A DNA stretch of 64,000 nt from the IMG/VR virus record IMGVR_UViG_3300045988_160427. One strand, 5' to 3'. The DNA is from a virus. The translations under genes and the position numbers were made by a program. Under the pieces are notes generated by a model, which worked only from the letters and a program-made list of their open reading frames with translations, had not been told where the DNA came from and made no database searches. Below are positions 1 to 8,200 of this stretch, piece after piece (the first letter of the stretch is position 1; each line of letters starts with the position of its first letter).

Positions 1-1
1 A

Positions 2-187
2 ATGGAAATAATGAAAACATTAAACGGGGCTGATGTTGGAGGGATAGGTTATTTTCAGTTTAATAGGGAACTTTCATCTTTTTGCCAGTCAAGAATGGTA
101 TTAGGTAACGATAAAACATTTACAGGAACATCTATTATAATGGGCACAAATTTGAGCAATATTAATGGTGGGAATTGTTGTGACTAG
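2..187 (+). CDS. hypothetical protein, 5'-truncated by window edge
   Basis: ORF open at window start; same strand/operon as structural genes. Confidence 0.3.
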   Translation: MEIMKTLNGADVGGIGYFQFNRELSSFCQSRMVLGNDKTFTGTSIIMGTNLSNINGGNCCD

Positions 188-1001
188 AGAAGAAATAGAA
201 GAATTAATTGAGCAATATGTTCCTTTTGATAGACCTATACCATATAAAACAAGAGCAAAAGAAACGATATTGATTTATCCAGTTTTGGTGAAAGATATAA
301 GAGAGTTTGAAGCAGGACAGGGAATGTTACATATTGATAAAAATGTGTCTGCTAATGTAGAAATTATTCAAATGTCTTATTTAAAATATTTATATTCTCT
401 GTTTTTGACCTTTGCTACAAATGGCGAGTTTTCATTGTTAGAATCTTTTCAAAATATGATGAAGATTTGTTTACATCTTGAAATTCCAAGTCAAAAATTA
501 GTGAATTTTTTTTCTTTGGATTTACAAGGTTCCTTTTGGCGCAGGAATAAAAGAAACGATATTTATTTAGATATTGATGGAATTATAATAACTTCAAAAG
601 ATTTTGATGATATTATTAGAATTATATTGTATCAAAATATAGAAGATTACGATGACCGAGTGGTGAGTAATGATGTAAAACAATTATATGCTGATTATAT
701 GAGATTGAAAAATAAAAATTCGGTACATGTTCCATTAGAAAAGAAATTTTTAGCAATTATGGGAGAAACAGGGTATAAAAAAAAAGAAATTTTGAATTTA
801 ACAGTGCGTGATTTTTATGGTTTGTTTTCTTTAACTGTTGACAAAATTGACTATCAAATTAGAGAAAATGCTCGGATACAAGGTGCTAAGTTTAAAACCA
901 AGCCTGAGCATTGGATTATAAAAGATAAAAAAGACAAATATGCTGAAATTTTTGTTGGTGAAAAAGAATTTACAAATAAACTTTCAAAAGTTTCAAAATA
1001 A
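165..1001 (+). CDS. hypothetical virion-module protein
   Basis: 278-aa ORF, tight spacing with downstream tail gene; no recognisable motif. Confidence 0.4.
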   Translation: MVGIVVTREEIEELIEQYVPFDRPIPYKTRAKETILIYPVLVKDIREFEAGQGMLHIDKNVSANVEIIQMSYLKYLYSLFLTFATNGEFSLLESFQNMMKICLHLEIPSQKLVNFFSLDLQGSFWRRNKRNDIYLDIDGIIITSKDFDDIIRIILYQNIEDYDDRVVSNDVKQLYADYMRLKNKNSVHVPLEKKFLAIMGETGYKKKEILNLTVRDFYGLFSLTVDKIDYQIRENARIQGAKFKTKPEHWIIKDKKDKYAEIFVGEKEFTNKLSKVSK

Positions 1002-1022
1002 TAAAATGGGAGGATAATATTT

Positions 1023-2081
1023 ATGGCAAATTATATTTTAGCTGGTGTTGGTAATATTGATTTGTATAACCAGGGCGATTTAATTGCTACATCTAAGACA
1101 TTAACAGAGAGTAGTATTTCCGTTGAGGTAACAGGAGAGGATGTTCGTGGGGGACAGTCCAATCCACTATTGGGACGTTATTTCCATGATTCCTCTTTAA
1201 CACTTACCTTAACTGATGCTCTGTTTAGTTTAGAATACCTTGCTCTTAACGTGGGTGGTACAATTGAAATTGGTGGTAATGTTCTAACTACAGAAGAAAT
1301 TACTATTGAAACGGCAAATACAATTACTGTTACAGGAACCCCTGTTGAGTTGTTTAATTGGGGAACTGTGGGGTATTATAGAATTGCGGGAGAAAACGAG
1401 TGGAATAAAATCACATTCACTGGAAAAACGGCTACTGTTTCCGATTTGCCGATTGGCACTGTTGTCTGTGTGAAATATAACACACAGAACGCGGGATTGC
1501 GTCAGTTCGTCATTCCGTCTAATATGATTCCTGCTGAGTGTACAGCTATTCTTACAATTGGTTTATTTAAAGCCGACAATGAAACTAAGGTTTCTGATTC
1601 TTCTTCTCGTGTTGGTACTTTGGTTATAGAAATTCCTCGGTTCCAGTTTGCAGGCAGTCAAGAACTTTCTTTGACTTCTGATGGTGTAGCCACAACAAAT
1701 CTAACTGGTTCTGCGCTTGCGGTTTACACTGGCACAAGTTGCGACGATGATGGATATTATGCGATTATCAAAGAAGTTGTTTCAGGTGCGAATTGGTATG
1801 ATGGTCTGCAAGCACTGGCTATTGCGAATGGTGCAGATATTGATTTGCAAGTTCCAAATACTGAAACCTTACAGGTTTATGCGGTATATGGTGGCATTGT
1901 GGCAAGCTCTATTGTAGACAATTCAAATCTAACATTTACTTCTGAGAATGATTCTTATGCTACTGTAGACAATACAGGCAGGATTACAGCAGTAGCAGCG
2001 GGTGAAACTAACATTAAGGTTGTAGCGACAGGTAAACCAGAGATTGAAGCGATTGCCAAGGTAACAGTTACCGCTGGTTAA
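1023..2081 (+). CDS. major tail (tube) protein with C-terminal Big_2 Ig-like domain
   Basis: RBS GGGAGG upstream; C-terminus '...SYATVDNTGRITAVAAGETNIKVVATGKPEIEAIAKVTVTAG' is a classic bacterial Ig-like (Big_2) fold as on lambda gpV-type tail tube proteins; position upstream of chaperone-like genes and TMP. Confidence 0.55.
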   Translation: MANYILAGVGNIDLYNQGDLIATSKTLTESSISVEVTGEDVRGGQSNPLLGRYFHDSSLTLTLTDALFSLEYLALNVGGTIEIGGNVLTTEEITIETANTITVTGTPVELFNWGTVGYYRIAGENEWNKITFTGKTATVSDLPIGTVVCVKYNTQNAGLRQFVIPSNMIPAECTAILTIGLFKADNETKVSDSSSRVGTLVIEIPRFQFAGSQELSLTSDGVATTNLTGSALAVYTGTSCDDDGYYAIIKEVVSGANWYDGLQALAIANGADIDLQVPNTETLQVYAVYGGIVASSIVDNSNLTFTSENDSYATVDNTGRITAVAAGETNIKVVATGKPEIEAIAKVTVTAG

Positions 2082-2120
2082 TTATTTACTTGGGGGTATT
2101 ATACCCCCTAATTACATATT

Positions 2121-2483
2121 ATGAAAGAGAGAGATTCTTTGATGTGTCCTTACTCATTTTATCAAAAGGAAAATGGGATAGAATATTTATATTGTTCTAA
2201 GTCAAACGATATTTGTGTTTATTCTCGATTTTGTACAACGAGAAATAAAGTCATTCCTACTGAATCTCAAAAATATTGTATGTTAAGAATGAAAAAAGAT
2301 GTTCCTGCTGGATATTATAATGTTCGTTTTGAGAAGAAAGGCAAATTATATGTAGATTATGAAAATAGAGTAGTTTGTGTTTCTAATCCCTATAATTTTG
2401 TTCCAGATTATGTTAAAATTGGAACAAGAAAAAAAACTGGGGAATTTTATGTAAGGAAAGAAAAATTATTAAATGGAGATTAA
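2121..2483 (+). CDS. Cys-rich hypothetical protein, translationally coupled partner of MazF-like gene
   Basis: 120 aa, six Cys, overlaps start of 2473..2820 by 11 nt; not MazE/RHH-like by eye. Confidence 0.45.
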   Translation: MKERDSLMCPYSFYQKENGIEYLYCSKSNDICVYSRFCTTRNKVIPTESQKYCMLRMKKDVPAGYYNVRFEKKGKLYVDYENRVVCVSNPYNFVPDYVKIGTRKKTGEFYVRKEKLLNGD

Positions 2484-2820
2484 GCGTGGGGGAATTTATT
2501 TGGCAAACCTTGGCAAAAGGGTTGGAAGTGTGCAGTTTGGTGTTAGACCAATTATAATTGTTGGGAATGATTATAGTTGTCAATACAGTACTGTGTTGTT
2601 ATCTGTCCCATTAACAAGTAAACAGAAAAAATTTTTGCCGACACATTATAATTTAGACAGTAATAAATATCCTTTTTTGTGGAAAGAATTAAATACAGTT
2701 TTAACGGAGCAAATTATGCCAGTAGAAAAAAGACGATTGTTGCAATATTTGGGTGATGTAGAAATTTATGATATGATAAATATAGGAAACAGAATGAGAT
2801 TAGCAATTGGTGTTTATTAA
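2473..2820 (+). CDS. mazF: MazF/EndoA (PemK-family) endoribonuclease toxin-like protein
   Basis: 'KRGGIYLANLGKRVGSVQFGVRPIIIVGNDYS...TVLLSVPLTSK...LPTH...TEQI...KRRL' aligns position by position with B. subtilis EndoA '[30 protein letters not shown]...LPTH...LEQI...KQRL'. Confidence 0.8.
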   Translation: MEIKRGGIYLANLGKRVGSVQFGVRPIIIVGNDYSCQYSTVLLSVPLTSKQKKFLPTHYNLDSNKYPFLWKELNTVLTEQIMPVEKRRLLQYLGDVEIYDMINIGNRMRLAIGVY

Positions 2821-2856
2821 TATATTATGATATTATAAAAAAAAGGAGGGGGGATA

Positions 2857-3240
2857 ATGGAGGGAGTTTCAGATATAAAAAATGATTATCGAAATTTAGA
2901 AAAACGAATTGGGAAAACTGAAACAGGGTTAGCAAGAACTGAAATTCAAATAGCCAATTTAACATCTATTGTAGAACATAATAATGCGACTTTGGATGAT
3001 TTAAATGAAACTATGATAAAAACGAATTATTTATTGGAGCAAAATATTAAAGATGTGGAATACAATAGACAAATTGTTAAGAAAATGGAGGAAAACCTAA
3101 CGAAAGTAGAACACAACATTGAAGAAGTTGATGAAAAGAGCAAGGTTGATATTTTGGGTTTTTTAAAGAAAAATTTTCTTGTTATTGTTGTTTTTGGGGC
3201 TTTTGTATTTTATTATGTAAAAAGTTTATTACCGCTTTGA
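2857..3240 (+). CDS. coiled-coil protein with C-terminal transmembrane anchor
   Basis: RBS AGGAGGGGGG; hydrophobic C-terminus 'FLVIVVFGAFVFYYVKSLL'. Confidence 0.45.
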   Translation: MEGVSDIKNDYRNLEKRIGKTETGLARTEIQIANLTSIVEHNNATLDDLNETMIKTNYLLEQNIKDVEYNRQIVKKMEENLTKVEHNIEEVDEKSKVDILGFLKKNFLVIVVFGAFVFYYVKSLLPL

Positions 3241-3259
3241 TTATGATAGGAGGATATAA

Positions 3260-3652
3260 ATGGAAACATTTAATGATGTTATTATGACAGCGTTGCAAAC
3301 AATTATTACTGTTACCGTTCCATTGATTTCTGCGTTGATTGTATATGGGATTAAGAAAGCAACAAATTGGTTAAAAAGTAAAACAGAAAATGAAACAGTT
3401 GATACTTATTTAAATCGTGCATATTCTATGTTAGAAGATATTGTTGTTACAACCACGGAGACTTATGTTAAGTCTTTGAAAGCCGATGGCAAGTTTGATA
3501 TTGAAGAACAACAAAAGGCATTTGAAATTACAAAGAGCGCTTTTGAACAGGTGGCTAGTGAAGAAATTAAGAACGCGATTAAAACAACTGTGTCAGATTA
3601 TGATGCTTGGGTTAAGAACACAGTTGAGGCTATTATTGCTAATACAAAATAA
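3260..3652 (+). CDS. membrane protein (N-terminal TM helix)
   Basis: RBS TAGGAGG; N-terminal 'ALQTIITVTVPLISALIVYGI' hydrophobic segment. Confidence 0.45.
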   Translation: METFNDVIMTALQTIITVTVPLISALIVYGIKKATNWLKSKTENETVDTYLNRAYSMLEDIVVTTTETYVKSLKADGKFDIEEQQKAFEITKSAFEQVASEEIKNAIKTTVSDYDAWVKNTVEAIIANTK

Positions 3653-3714
3653 AATATTTAGTTAATTAGCAATCAAGTAGGAAAATATAAATTCCTACTT
3701 TTACATATTATGGA

Positions 3715-4176
3715 GTGAAATACATGGAAAAGAAAATGAGAAAAATAGCGAAATTAAAACGTCCTGCTAATATTTATTTAGAAAATCTTGATATTGAGGT
3801 AGTTCCTTTTTTAACTTGGGAAGTTATTGAGTATATTGGAAATGTATTGATTAAGATGGATGGTTCTTATAAAGATAAAGAGATAGCCAAGCATGCTCTA
3901 TTACTAAAATTTTGCACTGACCTAAACGATGATGAAATTGCAGTATTAGACTTTGAAACATTGTGGGTAAATGGATATATTGATGAAATTGAATCGCATA
4001 TTTATGGTGTTGATAAAATTGAATGTTATATTAAAAATATGACCAATCCCAATCATCAAATGTGTCAGTTGCTTTCTGAGTTAGAAACTTTTATATCGAA
4101 AGCAAAAAAAATTAATTGGAAAAAAGTTACAAAAGAGTTGGAGAAAAACACTTCAAAAATATTGTCGGAGGCATAA
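3715..4176 (+). CDS. putative tail assembly chaperone (G-like)
   Basis: ~150-aa gene just upstream of TMP region; downstream ORF open in -1 frame for 61 nt overlap. Confidence 0.35.
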   Translation: MKYMEKKMRKIAKLKRPANIYLENLDIEVVPFLTWEVIEYIGNVLIKMDGSYKDKEIAKHALLLKFCTDLNDDEIAVLDFETLWVNGYIDEIESHIYGVDKIECYIKNMTNPNHQMCQLLSELETFISKAKKINWKKVTKELEKNTSKILSEA

Positions 4177-4178
4177 TT

Positions 4179-4646
4179 ATGCCAGCAAAGAATCCTAATG
4201 AATTTTATGCGTTGTTTAAGCCAGCTATAACAAAAGCCACACAATATGTTATGGAAAAAATGTTAGAGGAATACAAGATGGAAATAGATGATGTTATTTA
4301 TGGCAACTATGTGCCAACTGTTTATCAAAGAACAGGAGAATTTAGAGATAGTTGGGTAACAGAAGTAAGTTCGCAATCTATGGGGGCACAAGGAGAGCTT
4401 AAACAAGATACTTCTAAAATGACTGTGGATTTAGAGAATTTTCAACATGGGAGTCCTTATTCTGGGAGTGTTGTTGAAGCATTGGCAGAAATCATTTATG
4501 AGGGATTATCAGGGCCGCTCTTTGGTGAAGGGCCATGGAGAAATCCTAGAAATCCTTTTGTTATTTTGTTGGCGAAATTAGATAGTGGGAAAATTTCTCA
4601 ATGGTTTAAAGAAGGAATGACGCAACAGGGGATAAGAATGAAATAA
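4179..4646 (+). CDS. hypothetical protein (possible tail chaperone partner; -1-frame ORF opens at 4116)
   Basis: ATG at 4179 with GGAGG RBS; frame is -1 relative to 3715..4176. Confidence 0.4.
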   Translation: MPAKNPNEFYALFKPAITKATQYVMEKMLEEYKMEIDDVIYGNYVPTVYQRTGEFRDSWVTEVSSQSMGAQGELKQDTSKMTVDLENFQHGSPYSGSVVEALAEIIYEGLSGPLFGEGPWRNPRNPFVILLAKLDSGKISQWFKEGMTQQGIRMK

Positions 4647-4658
4647 AGGGAGACAACA

Positions 4659-5186
4659 ATGACTATTATGGGACTTGATGCTTCAACTAATTGTACTGGT
4701 TGGAGCATCTTTTTTAATGAAAAATTATTAGATTATGGGAAAATTGTTCCCTTACATAAAAATGAAGATTGGCGAGAAAGAATAGTTGATATTTTTCTTC
4801 AATTGGATATTCTTATTCAAAAATTTGAGCCTAATAAAATAATTATCGAAGATGTTCCTTTGTTTTCTCAAAAAGGAAAGAAAACATTAGTGCAATTAGG
4901 GGCTGTTCAGGGTTCTTTGCTTTTATTAAAAAAAGATTATCCGAACATGGAAATAGAGTTTATTCCTGTTTCTACATGGAGAAAAAATATTGGAATATTT
5001 AATGGTGAACGGAAAGATTTAAAAAGAGAGAAGCTAAAAGAAAATTCTATTAAATTAGCTAATACAATATTTAATTTGAATTTATCTTTTGTTTCGCCGT
5101 CCTCAGCTAAAAATGATGATGATATTTCAGATGCTATTTTAATTGCCGCTTCTACAATAAAAAAATACAAGACTAATAGTAAATAA
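4659..5186 (+). CDS. ruvC: RuvC-like Holliday junction resolvase
   Basis: 'IMGLDASTNCTGWSIF', 'IIIEDVP', 'DISDAILIA' match the RuvC/RNaseH-fold acidic catalytic residues. Confidence 0.7.
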   Translation: MTIMGLDASTNCTGWSIFFNEKLLDYGKIVPLHKNEDWRERIVDIFLQLDILIQKFEPNKIIIEDVPLFSQKGKKTLVQLGAVQGSLLLLKKDYPNMEIEFIPVSTWRKNIGIFNGERKDLKREKLKENSIKLANTIFNLNLSFVSPSSAKNDDDISDAILIAASTIKKYKTNSK

Positions 5187-5208
5187 GTAACCTTGTATAG
5201 ATAGTGAG

Positions 5209-8200
5209 GTGGTATGTTTGGCTAGTAGCAATAATTATCATATTTTAGTTAAAGCAATATTAGATGAAAGTAATTTACAAGGGCAAATAAATAAAGCTGC
5301 TTCAAAAATAAAGAATGTTAAAATAGGAGACGCTGGAACAAAAACCGCAACTTCTGGATTCAATAAAATGAATCAAGCGATTGACAAAACAAGTCAATCT
5401 ATGAGTGATATTATCAAAAAGACTGTTAAGTGGCAGGCAGGAACGCAAGCTATTGATGCCATATATAATTCCTTTAGAAGTGGCGTTTCGGCTGTGTTTG
5501 AGTTAGATGCCGCAATGACTGAATTAAGGAAAGTCAGTGACTTAACTGGTGATGAACTAACAGAGTTTGGCGATAAAGCGTTAAAGGTTGGCGAACGTGT
5601 AGCTAGAACAGCAACTCAAGTTATTGAGGCGGCTACTGAATTCACAAAATCAGGTTTCAATGATATAGAGTCGTTGCAATTGGCTGAAGTTGCTTCGATG
5701 TTTCAAAATGTTGCGGATGAAGAAGTAAATGCAGGAGATGCGGCTTCTTTCTTGATTTCGCAAATGAAAGCTTTTAATATTACAGCGGAAGAGTCAGAAC
5801 ATATAGTAGATGCGGTCAATGAGGTAGCCAACAAATTTGCTGTATCTTCTGGCGATTTAGCTACAGCGGTTCCTAAAGTAGCGGCAACCATGGCGCAAGC
5901 GGGTAATAGTATGGAACAAACATTAGGTTTGCTTACCGCTGGTGCTGAAATGATGCCAGGACAGGCAAGCCGCGTCGCTAGAGGTTTAAGAAGTATAACT
6001 TTAAATCTACAAGCCATGGATGATTCTGGGCAACAAGATTTAGAGTTATTAGCCTCTATGGAGAAAGATTTTAATAAAATCGGGATAACATTACAAGGAA
6101 CAGATGGACAATTAAAATCCACTTTTGATATTTTATCAGAACTTGCAGAAGTTTGGGATACTTTAGATCAAAATACTAAAAATTATTATGCATCATTAAT
6201 AGGTGGGAAAACCCAAGTTGATGTTGTAAACAGTGTTATTTCTAATTTTGATAGTGCTTTGGGTGCGACTGAGGCTGGAATGAACTCTTTCGGATCAGCG
6301 GCTAGAGAAAATGCAGCCTATTTGGATTCTATCGAAGGTCGTATGTCTGCTCTTACGGCTCAATTTCAAAGATTCTTTACAGAAGGTATTAGTTCTGATT
6401 CAGTAAAGAATGTTCTGGGTTTGGCAACTGCCATTTTAGAGGTGGTAAATTCCATTGGTGGTTTACAAACATTTTTACCTATTATAATTAGTTTTGCAAC
6501 CATTTTCATAGGGAAACAATTTCCTAACGGTGTTAATAATTTAAAAAATAGTTTTACTAATTTATTACAGCCTTTGAAGGACTTACCGACTGCTATAAGC
6601 TTGGCAATAGGTGAGTTTACCAGATTAAAATCTAGTGGTGTGTCTTCTTTTTCTGCACTGGCAGGATCGGCATCTAGTTTCTTTAGTTTAATTGGTCCTG
6701 GGGCAATTATAGGCATAGGAGCAACTTTGTTTAGTGTTATTAATGGTGTAATTAATGCACAAGAAGAAGCTCATGCGCAAATGATACAAGATGCTGAACA
6801 AAAAAATTCCGAACTAAAAAGGCAAAGAGAATCTTTAGAAAAAGAAATTGCTTCCTATCAAGAATTAGCGGAAAAAAGGAATGATAGTTCTTCTGATACT
6901 GAAAGATTAAAATACAATGAAGAAATAGCACAAGTTCAAGAGAATATCGTTGATTTAGTTGGTGCTGAGGCCAATGGATTGGATTTAGTTAATGGAAATT
7001 TAGATGAGCAACTTTCCAAACTTGGTTCTCTACATGAAATTTTAACGGATAATCAAAAATTACAATTAGAACTTTTGATGCAAGATGCTGAAACAGATTA
7101 TAATGAATCTCTTGGAAGTATGGAGCAATTTTATGATGAAATTGCCACTATAACAGGGAAAACAGAAGAAGAGATTAGATCAGCTTTTGAATCTGGGTCT
7201 GATGAGATTTATGATTATATTTCCCAAACCAATAAAGAATTACAAAGACAAGCAAAAGAAAATGATAATTTTTATTTAGCAAATAATTTTGCTAATATGT
7301 CTCAAGACTTTTTAACAAAACAAGAAGCATATTATGATTATCAAAATCAATTGTTAGAAGCGAGCACATATGAACAAGAACAGATTCTTTCTGATTTCAT
7401 CAATGAGCGAGATGATTTATTCGCTAATGGAGAAATTGATTCCAAAGAGTCCTTGATGAAATTAGTAGAAGCTATCAAAGATGGAACATTAGACGTTGGT
7501 GAAGCAGCTCTTGAGGCAGGGGTTGATGTCAACACTTATCGTCAAAGGTTGCTTGAGCTTGTAGAAGAAAAATATGGTGCCAAGTTTGCTAATTCAATTT
7601 CCGAACTAAGGACAGTTATAAATGCTGAAGGTGAAGAAATTACTGCGGCGGCTACAGGTTTTGCAAAAAAAATAGAAGAAGCTTTAAAAATAGAACCAGA
7701 AACAGCTTCTTTAGAGACCTCAGTAGAAGGATATAAAAAATTATTAGAGAATGTTTCTTCGGGGAATTGGGGAGCTCAAACACAAGAGTTAATGTCTCTA
7801 TTTTTTGGTGAAGATTGGGTTCAACAATTTGATGGAGATTTGGAAACCGCTGGCAAACATGTTAAAGAGAAATGGGGTTCTTTTTTTCAATACTTCCAAG
7901 ATGGCAATTTTGGGAATTTTGCAAATATTATACAAAATTCTGGCGTTGATGCTGCTCTAGCATCTGTCGGTGCCGATGGTAGTTTAAATATAGATTTTTC
8001 TAGGTTGGATGAATTAGCTGCGAAACTTGGTGTTTCCAAAGAAATGCTAACCACCATTATGAAAGCATATGAACAGACTGGTGGAGTTATTAATTACGAA
8101 TTAGATGATATGATTGCTCGTGCTGAGCAATTGGGATTAATTACGGAAACTGCTTCTGGTAATTTTATTTCTTTGGGAGCTAATGCTCAAGAAGCTTTAG

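Noticed and set aside
1717-1917. 66-aa + ORF inside major tail protein gene in another frame
   Set aside because: Overlapped by the longer motif-bearing ORF (Big_2 domain); no RBS
4100-4176. Canonical XXXYYYZ slippery heptamer for a G/GT frameshift
   Set aside because: A AAA AAA at 4104-4110 leads into an immediate -1-frame stop (TAA 4113-4115); within the open -1 overlap only non-canonical G AAA AAA G exists; independent RBS/ATG at 4179 explains the downstream gene
5703-6122. 139-aa minus-strand ORF inside the tape measure gene (also 6366..6716, 7347..7535, 8425..8607, 9008..9214, 9657..10065)
   Set aside because: Antisense to a long, clearly coding TMP gene; low-complexity translations typical of shadow ORFs
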